Shown piece by piece: positions 36,089-45,523 of a stretch of DNA of 61,504 nucleotides. Below the pieces are notes generated by a model. That model was not told the DNA's origin, made no database searches, and saw nothing but the letters and a program-made list of their open reading frames with translations. The stretch comes from a virus, in the IMG/VR virus record IMGVR_UViG_3300045988_158963, positions 1 to 61,504 of that record; one strand, 5' to 3'. The position numbers were made by a program, and so were the translations under genes. The stretch's first letter is position 1. Every line of letters starts with the position of its first letter.

Positions 36089-36379
36089 ATGAAACAAGTA
36101 AATTTCAAAGAGTTAAATGTAGAAGTTGGAATAGATCAGTACCAAAATCATGATCTTCGAAAGGAGATTGGGAACGCTCTGCACCGTGCATCGGAGAGTG
36201 TCCCAATGAGCGAATTGGCACGCAATATTTATTATTCAGAAGGGGATATCAAAATCCCTGATGAAGAATTTGACGAAATGATGAAACTCATCAAGCCGGG
36301 CTTCAAAAGATTTGTATTAGACAGCATTGTGCGTTCAGCAACAGAAGTCGAAACAGAAACTAAAGATAAGGAGGAATAA
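36089..36379 (+). CDS. hypothetical protein
   Basis: 96-aa ORF. Confidence 0.45.
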   Translation: MKQVNFKELNVEVGIDQYQNHDLRKEIGNALHRASESVPMSELARNIYYSEGDIKIPDEEFDEMMKLIKPGFKRFVLDSIVRSATEVETETKDKEE

Positions 36380-36382
36380 GTT

Positions 36383-36670
36383 ATGGCACTCGAACAAGTA
36401 TCATCAGTGGTCAAGAGCACATACCTGAACAATGTGGCAGGTTACGAAGTACAGTACAATATCACACAGGATGAAGGGGAAAACGTAAAGTCGGTAACGG
36501 GTACAGTCAAGAAGGCAGATGTTCGTTTCGGCTACATAATCATCAATGCAGACGGGACCAAGAATATATCATTTGACAAGTCTATACCGGATGCAGATAG
36601 CGAGGCTATATATACAGCGGCATTGGCGGATGCAAAATCAATTTTTAAACAGAGGAATAAAATAGATTAG
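36383..36670 (+). CDS. hypothetical protein
   Basis: 95-aa ORF. Confidence 0.45.
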   Translation: MALEQVSSVVKSTYLNNVAGYEVQYNITQDEGENVKSVTGTVKKADVRFGYIIINADGTKNISFDKSIPDADSEAIYTAALADAKSIFKQRNKID

Positions 36671-36675
36671 CACCT

Positions 36676-38811
36676 ATGGCAGCAGGAGATATCATATTAT
36701 CAGACGGGACAACGATCACGCCGGAAGACTTGCAGAAGATTGCGGCAGCGGTGGAGGATTTGATTGCGTCTACGGCGAAAGATCCGGGGCAGTACGAAGA
36801 GGTAAGTTCACTTACCGGTGTGTCCTCTCTTCCCGCCTTTCAGGTATTGGGTAGCACATATAAGCTTGTACGTGTTGCTCTGTCTGTCTTGAAGGGTGTA
36901 GATGGACGTGAAGTATTCTTGCAGGTAAATCAGGATAAAACCTATATCCAATGGCGTTATACGGACGGTAATTGGCAGAATCTTGTCGCTTTGTCCGATC
37001 TGAAAGGTACTGCCGGTGATACTCCTGTTTTTCGTACTGGTAGCACAGGCATTGAATGGAAGTACACCAGTGAAGAAGATACAGCTTATCGTGTACTTGT
37101 CTCTTACGATGATTTGAAGTTGAAGTTTTCCGATCTAACGCCGGAACAGAAAGACGAGCTGAAATTGCATTTTTCTGATTTGACGGAAGAAGATAAGGCA
37201 GAATTGAAGGGTGAAAAGGGTGATCCATTCACCTATGAAGATTTTACACCGGAAGAACTGGAATCATTAAAGGGAAATCCCGGCGATGACGGTAAAACTC
37301 CCATCTTAGAATCCGTCAACGCCACCTTTGGTGAAACCCCTTCCGGCAGCTTTACTAAGAACGGAGTAGACGAAGATGGCAATCCCAAATATATTCTTAA
37401 TCTGACTACCCCTAAAGGCAAAGACGGTCAGCCGGCAGTCTTTGAACAGGGGACAACGACAACTCTTGATCCTTCGGAAGAAGCCAGAGTTGAAGTTGTT
37501 GAGAATGGAGAGACGCCCGAAGGTAACCCGAAGTACATTTTGAATTTCTTCATTCCCCGTGGTCAGACGGGACCCGCCGGAGCAGGGACGGGTAATGTGC
37601 TTGTTGACGCTGCTGGGCTTGTTTCAGGAAAGAAGTATTTGTTTGTTCCGGATTCAGACAACAGTTCATCCGGTACGTTCATGGAATATGCCGAACCGGT
37701 CATACCAACCAAAACAAGTGATCTGACCAACAATAGCGGTTTTATCACAAAAGCGGTAAACGATTTAACAAATTACTATCTAAAGTCTGAAACATACACA
37801 AAGGAAGAAGTCCAGTCTTTGATATCAGCCATTAATAGTGTAACGCTTCAGAAGGTTGAATCTCTCCCGGAACCGGGGGAAAGTAATGTTATCTATCTTG
37901 TCCCCAAATCCGGGTCGGGAAATGATATCTACAACGAGTATATCTACATAGACGGGAAGCCGGAACATATTGGAAGTACGCAAATCGACTTGTCGAACTA
38001 TGTGCAGGAAGCTCCAAAGGACGGAAAAACCTACGGGCGTAACAATGGGGCGTGGTCGGAGATAGTGGAGAGCAACCAGTATCTGGATGTTGTAACTTTA
38101 TTCCCAGAGGAGAATGGCACATTGTCAGATGAAAATTATCAAAAGATAGTTGACGCAGTAAATAAAGGAATAATAACAGCAAGAACAGAGGCTGATCCTG
38201 ACGCGTTTGGTCCGATGATAATTAATAACACTACTGAAATGTATGGTATTACAATCAATATTTTAGCAGTAGACCCCAGTTCTCGTTCTATATGGTTGAC
38301 AATAATGACCATAATTATTAATAAAAGTGACAAGGTATATACCTTGGTATCTAATCGACAAAATATCCAAAATACTGGATCTGGTACAAAATACCTCTCC
38401 GACAACGGTCAATACCTCACTCCCCCTATCGCTACCCCCGCCACAGCGGGGTATATGTCGACGGAGGACAAGAAGAGGGTGGATGATATAGTAAACTTTG
38501 GCACAGGGAGTAATGCTGTCACAACTCTTGCGAATATACCAACAAACAAGAGGTTGGTTAAGGCTACCCTATCCTCCGCTTCAAACCTATCGATAAATGA
38601 GTCTGCAAGGGCATTGAATGTAGGCGAAGAGATATATCTTGATTGTAATCCTACCGCTTCTTTTACGCAGCCTATCCCTACTACTGGCAGTTTTAGATCA
38701 ATGTCCGGTAGTTCTATTACCACTACTTCCGGCGTGCCTTTCGAGATGTCTATTTTGAAGATCGCTACGAGTGGTGTCATGTATTCAATAACCGTTAAAG
38801 AGAAGGATTGA
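36676..38811 (+). CDS. tail fibre-like protein
   Basis: 711 aa with repetitive segments GEKGDPFTYEDFTPEELESLKGNPGDDGKTP and PKGKDGQPAVFEQG ... PRGQTGPAGAG. Confidence 0.55.
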   Translation: MAAGDIILSDGTTITPEDLQKIAAAVEDLIASTAKDPGQYEEVSSLTGVSSLPAFQVLGSTYKLVRVALSVLKGVDGREVFLQVNQDKTYIQWRYTDGNWQNLVALSDLKGTAGDTPVFRTGSTGIEWKYTSEEDTAYRVLVSYDDLKLKFSDLTPEQKDELKLHFSDLTEEDKAELKGEKGDPFTYEDFTPEELESLKGNPGDDGKTPILESVNATFGETPSGSFTKNGVDEDGNPKYILNLTTPKGKDGQPAVFEQGTTTTLDPSEEARVEVVENGETPEGNPKYILNFFIPRGQTGPAGAGTGNVLVDAAGLVSGKKYLFVPDSDNSSSGTFMEYAEPVIPTKTSDLTNNSGFITKAVNDLTNYYLKSETYTKEEVQSLISAINSVTLQKVESLPEPGESNVIYLVPKSGSGNDIYNEYIYIDGKPEHIGSTQIDLSNYVQEAPKDGKTYGRNNGAWSEIVESNQYLDVVTLFPEENGTLSDENYQKIVDAVNKGIITARTEADPDAFGPMIINNTTEMYGITINILAVDPSSRSIWLTIMTIIINKSDKVYTLVSNRQNIQNTGSGTKYLSDNGQYLTPPIATPATAGYMSTEDKKRVDDIVNFGTGSNAVTTLANIPTNKRLVKATLSSASNLSINESARALNVGEEIYLDCNPTASFTQPIPTTGSFRSMSGSSITTTSGVPFEMSILKIATSGVMYSITVKEKD

Positions 38812-38812
38812 T

Positions 38813-39574
38813 ATGTTGAGAAGAAGGACAATGTCGACGGGGAAAAGAGAGACAGTACAAGTTGTAGAAGAGCTAAAATCTTCTGGCAAATGGACGGTCC
38901 CAGCAGGATGTAAATCAGTTGACGTTTTTATTGTTGGAGGTGGTGGCTCTGGTGCATCGTCAGGCCCTGAAAGAGGTGGTGGTGGGGGCGGTTCCGGTTG
39001 CACTGAATTATATTTAGGTATATCTGTTACACCGGGAGAATCTATTAATTATGTAATAGGAAACGGAGGCAATAGTGTAAGATCAACATCGTCTTATAAT
39101 GATGCGAAAGATGGACTAAAAGGCCAGAATTCTTGGTTTAGGGACTCAGCTATATACTATGCCAATGGGGGAAATGGTGGACAATATTCTGGCAAGGGAG
39201 GAGATGGAGGTTCAGGAGGAGGAAGTGGAATGTCTTCAGGAAATACGGCAGGATATATCGGAGGTAGTGATGGATCTAATGGAGTTGGCGATATGCCTGG
39301 GATAGGGCAAGGAACCACTACAAGATGTCCATTCAATAATAAATTGTATGCCGGTGGGGGTGGAGGTGGTGGAGAATATAGCTCCGGATCGTCACAAGGA
39401 GGAGGAGGAATAGGTATAGGGGGAGGATCGTTAGGCAACCCTACTAATGGGAAACCCAATACAGGATCAGGAGGAGGTTCTTTTTATATAAGTGGTTCCA
39501 ATGTATCAGGAGGGATTTCATCCGGTTCTGGCGGTTCGGGGATTATCGTATTACGATATAATAAATACAAATAA
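38813..39574 (+). CDS. glycine-rich domain protein (tail fibre accessory type)
   Basis: Runs of GGGGSG, with the N-terminal pattern WTVPAGCKSVDVFIVGGGGSG and the C-terminal GGSGIIVLRY. Confidence 0.6.
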   Translation: MLRRRTMSTGKRETVQVVEELKSSGKWTVPAGCKSVDVFIVGGGGSGASSGPERGGGGGGSGCTELYLGISVTPGESINYVIGNGGNSVRSTSSYNDAKDGLKGQNSWFRDSAIYYANGGNGGQYSGKGGDGGSGGGSGMSSGNTAGYIGGSDGSNGVGDMPGIGQGTTTRCPFNNKLYAGGGGGGGEYSSGSSQGGGGIGIGGGSLGNPTNGKPNTGSGGGSFYISGSNVSGGISSGSGGSGIIVLRYNKYK

Positions 39575-39580
39575 ATCAAA

Positions 39581-40612
39581 ATGGAAATAAACTATTTATA
39601 CATACAGAAAGACGCAGCGAATATCTATGTCGCAATGCCGGAAAAGCTCGATACAGCAGACAACGATATCGGCACAACATGGGAGGATTATGTTGCAGGA
39701 AAGTACGTTTTGCTGACAGAGGAACAGATTGCCTTTAAAGAGGCAAACGAAGGTGCATCCGTAGAAGAAGTGTTCAATATGCAATTGACACCCATTCCCG
39801 AACCGACACCGGAAGAAAAACTTCAAACTGCAAAAGACTTGAAGCGTCAGGAAGTCTACAACACCGACTACCGGCACTACTACATAGAGGACAACGATGT
39901 ATATACATACGACCGTTTGTCTCTAAAAGACCAGTGTGCCCGAAAAGATACGGTTGAAGTAAACGGGAATTCGTATAAATCAGCTCTGTTATTGGAAGCT
40001 CTCAATGAGATGGCAGACTACAATGATATCTGTATAGGTCTATCAGAAAAGTTTCTCTCTGATATTGAAGCAGCCGAGACAGTGGAAGATGTAGAAGTGA
40101 TTGAGGTGACAGGCTATCCCGATGTAATCCATAGGACAACAGCCGAATTACAGGAAGCCGTAAACTACACGGAAACGCACGATTCAGAGAAGCAGTTATC
40201 CCGTATCACCCGTAAATCTGTGTCTGCAATGTCACTGACGGATGATGAAGCGATTAGTGCCAAATACGCACATGCGGAATGGAAAGAATTTATTAACGGG
40301 AAGTTGGATACCGGCAACCGGGTAATTAACGATGACTGGTTATGGAAAGTCCGGCAACCGATAAATCCGGTTCTCGAAATATATCCTCCTTCGGTAGATA
40401 CGGCTGCTCTTTATGAGCGCATGGACGAAAATCACAAGGGGACTGAATACGATCCCAAACTCTATGCGCCAGGCATGACGCTTGAACAGGAAAAGTATTA
40501 CACGGAAATAGAAGATGGCGTAAGAATGAAATACTACTGCTTCTACGGTACGATTAATCCGGTATATGCCCATTTGAAAGAATTGATTAACATAAATGTA
40601 AGATTGGTATGA
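39581..40612 (+). CDS. hypothetical protein
   Basis: 343-aa ORF. Confidence 0.5.
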   Translation: MEINYLYIQKDAANIYVAMPEKLDTADNDIGTTWEDYVAGKYVLLTEEQIAFKEANEGASVEEVFNMQLTPIPEPTPEEKLQTAKDLKRQEVYNTDYRHYYIEDNDVYTYDRLSLKDQCARKDTVEVNGNSYKSALLLEALNEMADYNDICIGLSEKFLSDIEAAETVEDVEVIEVTGYPDVIHRTTAELQEAVNYTETHDSEKQLSRITRKSVSAMSLTDDEAISAKYAHAEWKEFINGKLDTGNRVINDDWLWKVRQPINPVLEIYPPSVDTAALYERMDENHKGTEYDPKLYAPGMTLEQEKYYTEIEDGVRMKYYCFYGTINPVYAHLKELININVRLV

Positions 40613-40758
40613 TAACTATTTTGACGATTATTTCAATGCTTGTTATTGCGGCCTACACGGCTGCCGTGTGTGTAAAGACTAAGGGTGTACCTTATTCCAT
40701 AAGTGCTACCATTACTATCTGGAGCATAAATTGTGGTTTATGGCAACGATGTGGCTGA
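40609..40758 (+). CDS. N-terminal fragment of a membrane protein (49 aa), possibly split by a frameshift
   Basis: Hand translation gives MITILTIISMLVIAAYTAAVCVKTKGVPYSISATITIWSINCGLWQRCG. It has an ATGA overlap with the upstream stop and overlaps the next ORF in another frame. Confidence 0.35.
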   Translation: MITILTIISMLVIAAYTAAVCVKTKGVPYSISATITIWSINCGLWQRCG

Positions 40759-41120
40759 CTGCCGGTTTATTGATGCCTGCAATATTGGAGGTAAGTAAAC
40801 CAAACACGGAATGGATTGCATTTCTGTCCTGTGCTGGCATGTTCTTTGTTGGTTCAGCTCCCAATTTCAAAGATGATTATGAGAGCAAGATACATTCTGC
40901 TGGAGCAATCATCTGTATTGCCGGATCGCAACTTTGGGTGGCATTGAACCTCTGGCCAATGTTGTTAGTATGGCTTGCCTATGTAGGGTATACTACATTA
41001 AGCATTGCCAAAGAAAAAGAGGGCACATTTTGGTATAAGTTCTACCAGAGCAAGCCGATGTTCTGGATTGAGATAGCTGCCTTATTATCCACTTATTTTA
41101 CCGTGTTATTCAATATGTGA
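40731..41120 (+). CDS. multi-pass membrane protein (C-terminal part?)
   Basis: 129 aa with a TTG start only and four hydrophobic segments. The frame is open back to 40683. Confidence 0.45.
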   Translation: MWFMATMWLTAGLLMPAILEVSKPNTEWIAFLSCAGMFFVGSAPNFKDDYESKIHSAGAIICIAGSQLWVALNLWPMLLVWLAYVGYTTLSIAKEKEGTFWYKFYQSKPMFWIEIAALLSTYFTVLFNM

Positions 41121-41124
41121 TATT

Positions 41125-41607
41125 ATGCAAAGATTAATTCCATATATACAAGATTTTACCGGCTGGGTACAGGCTGTTTCTATTGCGGTAATTGCTTCAA
41201 TGTTAGATTTTTTCGCACCTATCGAGCATTTTCTTATAGTAATACCTGTAATGGCTACCATAGATATGTTCTGGGGGCTGGCAGCCGATGATTTGCGTTT
41301 TAGGAAAAGTAAATTTTTTAGGACGATAATCTATCTTCTGATTTACCTTTTGATCCTGCTTATTGCTTTTTGGATTGGTATAATGATGGAGCAGGATAAA
41401 GACAGTACAAAAGCCTTTGTCAGTTGGATAACGTGGGTAGTAGTGTATTGTTATGGTCTGAATATACTGAAAAACATGCACACGGTATATCCAGACAATA
41501 AAGTTATAGCCTTTTTGTATTGGGTTGGATCGGTTAAGTTTCTAAGTAAAGTAAATTATCTTGAAGAATATATGAAATCAGTAAAGAAAAAGGAGGATAG
41601 GAAATGA
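41125..41607 (+). CDS. putative holin
   Basis: 160 aa with 3-4 TM segments and a charged C-terminal tail (KSVKKKEDRK). It lies immediately upstream of and overlaps the endolysin gene. Confidence 0.55.
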   Translation: MQRLIPYIQDFTGWVQAVSIAVIASMLDFFAPIEHFLIVIPVMATIDMFWGLAADDLRFRKSKFFRTIIYLLIYLLILLIAFWIGIMMEQDKDSTKAFVSWITWVVVYCYGLNILKNMHTVYPDNKVIAFLYWVGSVKFLSKVNYLEEYMKSVKKKEDRK

Positions 41608-42011
41608 ATATAACTGATAATTTTACATTGGAAGAATTTGTGCATAGCAATACTGCTATTACAAAAGGAATAAAGAATGATCCGGGATCGCGTGAGAAAC
41701 TGGCTATCACCAATCTGTGTGCAAAATTGCTACAACCATTACGGGATGCTATCGGTAAGCCTATCTCCATTAATTCAGGCTACAGATGCCCAGAGTTGAA
41801 TGCGGCAGTAGGGGGTGTCCCTACATCTCAACATCAAAAAGGGGAAGCAGCCGATTTGAGTATTGATGGAAAGGCCGGTGATTTATTGGAAGTATTGGAA
41901 GATTCCGGTTTGCCGTTCGATCAGGCCATCCTATACCGTAAAAATAACTTCCTTCATGTTTCGCTAAAGCTAGAAGGAGAACAAAGAAAACAGATCATCA
42001 TCAAGAAATGA
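41604..42011 (+). CDS. endolysin, peptidase M15 (D-Ala-D-Ala carboxypeptidase-like)
   Basis: FTLEEFVHS...INSGYRCPELNAAVGGVPTSQHQKGEAADL...FLHVS carries the zinc ligands H..D..H of the Peptidase_M15_3 type. Confidence 0.85.
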   Translation: MNITDNFTLEEFVHSNTAITKGIKNDPGSREKLAITNLCAKLLQPLRDAIGKPISINSGYRCPELNAAVGGVPTSQHQKGEAADLSIDGKAGDLLEVLEDSGLPFDQAILYRKNNFLHVSLKLEGEQRKQIIIKK

Positions 42012-42454
42012 AAGCCTGGTATGCCATATCTGTTTTATTTCTTTGCTTTGCTTGTTTTTTTGCCGGAAGGTATTCGGTAGAAAAGCAAATAGAGGTAGTC
42101 AAGGAAACAGACACGATCAACAAACCTGTTCCTGAGCCTTCTTACATGCTTGATGTGGAGGAAATCGAGCTACCTTACCCGATTTTCGTTTATCAGAAGG
42201 GTGACACGGTAAAAGAACTTGACACGATTTATATCCCGTTACCAATCCAGAGAAAGGTTTATGAGACAGATTTGTATAGGGCGGTAGTCAGCGGTTATAG
42301 ACCCAATCTCGATTCGATGATAATCTATCATAAACGGGAGATTGTACACCAGAAAGATCGTCGGTGGGGATTAGGAGTAATAGGTGGATATGGGATAGGC
42401 AGAAGTGGCTTTTCTCCGTATATCGGGGTAGGCCTATATTATAGAATTTGGTAA
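42008..42454 (+). CDS. spanin-like membrane/lipoprotein
   Basis: N-terminal hydrophobic segment with Cys (ISVLFLCFACFFAG) and a C-terminal Gly/aromatic-rich GLGVIGGYGIGRSGFSPYIGVGLYYRIW. It overlaps the endolysin stop. Confidence 0.45.
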   Translation: MKAWYAISVLFLCFACFFAGRYSVEKQIEVVKETDTINKPVPEPSYMLDVEEIELPYPIFVYQKGDTVKELDTIYIPLPIQRKVYETDLYRAVVSGYRPNLDSMIIYHKREIVHQKDRRWGLGVIGGYGIGRSGFSPYIGVGLYYRIW

Positions 42455-42496
42455 GTAGACTTTTGTTCATAGTCTCTTCCTATGGGGCTGGGAAGT

Positions 42497-42652
42497 AAAA
42501 TAAAAGCCCCCAACGTATCACGTTTAACTGCTACATAAAACTGATACACAAGCATAGACACTCGCACGTTGGGGACTTAATATCTTCAACATGAATGTCT
42601 ATGCTTTTGTTGCATTATGTGCGATAAGTTTTATGTAGCGAAGGCAAAGATA
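42497..42652 (-). ncRNA. candidate structured small RNA convergent with the lysis cassette
   Basis: Minus-strand TATCTTTG box (plus 42645-52). Perfect stems: 13 bp (42530-42/42627-39), 11 bp (42550-60/42596-606) and 9 bp (42508-16/42566-74), then GCTTTTATTTT on the minus strand. Confidence 0.4.
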
Positions 42653-42671
42653 TAACTAAAATTCAAACATT

Positions 42672-42977
42672 ATGTGTAAATCTGAAATCTTTGCCAAAAT
42701 ATTAAGAATTGTCTCTAAAGAGACAGAAGTATCAGAAGACCTGATACTGTCAAAGTGTAAACGAAGTGATATTGTTGATTCACGCGGTATCATGGTTGTT
42801 ATACTATCTGAATATAAATTCAGTGAATCTCAAATATCGTCATTTACCGGATTTACGCAGCAATCGATCAACAAGTTGAAAAATATCTACCCTGACAGAA
42901 TACGCAGAAATTATCTGCTAAAGGTTATAGTTAGGAATATACGTGAGTCGCTTGATATGCCATTAAGGTGTTTGTAA
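42672..42977 (+). CDS. DnaA-C-terminal-like HTH protein (possible regulator)
   Basis: 101 aa. The segment KRSDIVDSRGIMVVILSEYKFSESQISSFTGFTQQSINKL resembles the DnaA domain IV fold pattern. Confidence 0.4.
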   Translation: MCKSEIFAKILRIVSKETEVSEDLILSKCKRSDIVDSRGIMVVILSEYKFSESQISSFTGFTQQSINKLKNIYPDRIRRNYLLKVIVRNIRESLDMPLRCL

Positions 42978-43073
42978 ATTAAGATAACATATTTGTTATG
43001 AAGAAACATTGCATAGTTTTTATAGGAGGCTAATACAGAAAAGATAAGGGAGCAAGTAAAAAAATCAGACAGT

Positions 43074-43128
43074 TTAACAACAACTTTACAACAAGCCTAC
43101 AACATTCTACCATTCAATACAATTACTG
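43074..43128 (+). repeat. 11-nt phased TACAAC(A)-type repeats
   Basis: ttAACAACAac / ttTACAACAag / ccTACAACAtt / cTACCAttcaa / TACAAttactg, upstream of ATG 43184. Confidence 0.5.
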
Positions 43129-43183
43129 TTTTGCGACATTTGCGATGCGGTTGATATTGACCGTAACTAAGATTTAAAATACA

Positions 43184-44155
43184 ATGGAAAAAACTTATGT
43201 ATTTAATCAAGACGGGGCAGGTGGAGCGAGTAACGGCTTACTTGCATCAATCCTTCCGTCTTTGCAGAACAGGGGTATTGACACAGGTTACCTCATGGGA
43301 TTAATGAACGGTGGAGGCGGTAACGGTGGTTTCTTCGGGAACAACGGCGGTTTTCAGGACATTATTGTGTTGATTGTGATTGCTGCCATCTTTGGCAACG
43401 GCAACTTCGGTTTTGGAGGAAACAACAATCAGGGTGCCAATGAAGGAAGAGACATGATTATGCAAATGCTTAATCGCAACGGTGTGGACATCGCATCACT
43501 TGCCCAGGCGTTGAATGTATCTTCAGACCAAATCCTTGCTGGTATTAACTCTGTATCTCAGGCTATATGCGGTCTAGGCAATCAGATGGGACAGAATACC
43601 AACAGTATCATTACTGCAATTATGCAGGGCAATCAATCTATCTCTGCTCAATTAGTCGATTGTTGCTGCAAAACGCAGACTGCGATTGAACGACAGGGGT
43701 ATGAAAGTCGCTTAGCGAGTTGCGAAAACATGAATACGCTTACACGTACAATGGAAGGGAATACTCGTTCTTTGTCGGACGCTTACCGTGAAGGATTTCA
43801 GGCTATTGTAGCCAAGATGGATGCCGCAGAGGCACGCCGTCAGCAGGAAGCCCTTGCTGCAAGGGATGCAAGAATTGCAGTTTTGGAGGGGGAAATCTCT
43901 CAGCGTAATCAGAATGCGACAATCTTGAGCAACTTCGGTCAGCAGATCGCGCCGTTGGTAGCCGGCTTGCAGGCATTGCAAAGTGATGTAGACGGTATCA
44001 AGTGCAAGATGCCTCCAACGGTATCCGTTCCTTATCCACAGTTGCAGGTGTATAACCCGGAAACCTATCGTGCGGCCGCTTTCGGTGCCTATGCAGGTGA
44101 TGCGGCTTATGCTCGCGGCGGTTACGGATGTGGTTGCAATAACTACTGGGGTTGA
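43184..44155 (+). CDS. glycine/asparagine-rich membrane-anchored coiled-coil protein
   Basis: 323 aa with GGGGNGGFFGNNGGF, a TM helix (IIVLIVIAAIFG), a Q/N-rich helical region, a CCC motif and a C-terminal GGYGCGCNNYWG. The region is visibly GC-richer than its flanks. Confidence 0.6.
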   Translation: MEKTYVFNQDGAGGASNGLLASILPSLQNRGIDTGYLMGLMNGGGGNGGFFGNNGGFQDIIVLIVIAAIFGNGNFGFGGNNNQGANEGRDMIMQMLNRNGVDIASLAQALNVSSDQILAGINSVSQAICGLGNQMGQNTNSIITAIMQGNQSISAQLVDCCCKTQTAIERQGYESRLASCENMNTLTRTMEGNTRSLSDAYREGFQAIVAKMDAAEARRQQEALAARDARIAVLEGEISQRNQNATILSNFGQQIAPLVAGLQALQSDVDGIKCKMPPTVSVPYPQLQVYNPETYRAAAFGAYAGDAAYARGGYGCGCNNYWG

Positions 44156-44178
44156 TCCGGGTAAGAAAGGAGGTAATT

Positions 44179-44595
44179 ATGTGGCCTAACTTTTTTACAG
44201 GATTTCCTTTTCCGTTCCCTTCACTTGGCAGGGCAAACTTTAACACCTTGCCAACGGTGGCTGTGACGGTAGGGACGGAGAACGTGACATTAGAGCTTCC
44301 GAACCATGCGTTTCGTAACCGGGATTATGTAGGCGGTTTCTATGTCAATATCCGTCAAGCTATCCCGGCTGGAACAACAGCAACACTGCCCATTCTGATA
44401 GGGACGAACGGGGACACGAGACCGTTAATGGCTTACGGCGATGTGCCTGTGCGAGTAGAGGACCTTGCCGGTCCGGGTATCTATGAGATCCATTACAACA
44501 AATACACGAACGAATTGTATCTTGTTAATGGTGGATATAGACCGACAACTACTCCGGCTCCTACAGCAGAAACGGCTTCTTTGCGAAGCAAGTAG
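44179..44595 (+). CDS. hypothetical protein
   Basis: Start moved to ATG 44179 (MWPNFFTGFPFPFP), which is preceded by AAGAAAGGAGGTAATT, a strong SD-like sequence. Confidence 0.55.
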   Translation: MWPNFFTGFPFPFPSLGRANFNTLPTVAVTVGTENVTLELPNHAFRNRDYVGGFYVNIRQAIPAGTTATLPILIGTNGDTRPLMAYGDVPVRVEDLAGPGIYEIHYNKYTNELYLVNGGYRPTTTPAPTAETASLRSK

Positions 44596-44664
44596 TAATT
44601 AACATGGAGTTCTGTGGTTGTTGTAAAAATTGCAAAAACCACACTCCTTTAAAATCAAACAATC

Positions 44665-45201
44665 ATGTTTCAGAATCTTCGAGTAAATAATCAGTTGTAT
44701 ATTCTTCATAAGGAAGCCAAACATTTCATAGAGATTGGTTCTGTGGTAAGCGTTTCTGCACCCAAGCCTAAATATCCTATGCCCGCTCCTATGGGGCAGA
44801 TACCTCAGATGGAGATGGTCGTAGATGTCGTGGCTAATATTAATGGTCAGAACACGACGTTTCAGAATCTTCCCTCCGGTAGTGATATAGCCGACTTTGG
44901 GCAAAACGGGAATCTTGTTGTCTCATGTTCCCGCGATGCGATGAACAATGAAATATCCATGATAAAACAAAAAAGATTGGATAGGGTTAACAGTCGGGAC
45001 TATGACCTCAGCGTGATAGCATCCTGCGATGAGATGTTGACAATGATCAATCCTGAATTTGCAGAAAAGCAACGTCAAGAACAGGAAATCAACACCCTTA
45101 AGGCCCAGATGTCTGATATGAGCAAGAACATGTCTGAACTTATGGAGCTAAACAAGCAATTGATGCAACAGCTTGGAGTTAAGGAAACAACTAAAAAGTA
45201 A
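44665..45201 (+). CDS. hypothetical protein with C-terminal coiled coil
   Basis: 178-aa ORF. Confidence 0.5.
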   Translation: MFQNLRVNNQLYILHKEAKHFIEIGSVVSVSAPKPKYPMPAPMGQIPQMEMVVDVVANINGQNTTFQNLPSGSDIADFGQNGNLVVSCSRDAMNNEISMIKQKRLDRVNSRDYDLSVIASCDEMLTMINPEFAEKQRQEQEINTLKAQMSDMSKNMSELMELNKQLMQQLGVKETTKK

Positions 45202-45206
45202 TAATT

Positions 45207-45482
45207 ATGGGATCAAATAGAAAACTAGAAGAGCTTTTCAGAGAGTTCGATGCTTATGAAGACGAAGACTTGATGGAAGCGATAGAAGAAGCCTATAAAC
45301 TTGGTTGCAAGGAAGGCAAGAGAAAAGCAATGGAAGGCGGTATGGGATTCCGAGACGATGACGATGACGACGACGATGAATTCCGCGATATGTGGAGACG
45401 CGGTGGAGAAGGTTTCGGTGAAAGGCGCGGCGTGAGAGGAACCGGACGGTATGCCGGGGAATACCGCAGACGCAGACGTTAA
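45207..45482 (+). CDS. small protein with poly-Asp tract and Arg-rich tail
   Basis: 91 aa: ...GFRDDDDDDDDEFRDMWRRGGEGFGERRGVRGTGRYAGEYRRRRR. It is followed by the hairpin AGAAGGGG-acattgtg-CCCCTTCT (45486-45509). Confidence 0.5.
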   Translation: MGSNRKLEELFREFDAYEDEDLMEAIEEAYKLGCKEGKRKAMEGGMGFRDDDDDDDDEFRDMWRRGGEGFGERRGVRGTGRYAGEYRRRRR

Positions 45483-45523
45483 ATCAGAAGGGGACATTGT
45501 GCCCCTTCTTAAAAAGTAAAGAT

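Noticed and set aside
38785-39459. Proline-rich minus-strand ORFs (38785..39003 and 39157..39459).
   Set aside because: They are the reverse complement of GGN glycine codons in the glycine-rich gene 38813..39574, so they are a composition artefact.
22034-39574. A search for a diversity-generating retroelement (template/variable repeat pair plus reverse transcriptase) near the fibre and LamG genes.
   Set aside because: No reverse-transcriptase-like ORF (no YxDD motif protein) occurs anywhere in the window. I saw no ~100-nt near-duplicate with adenine-specific differences.
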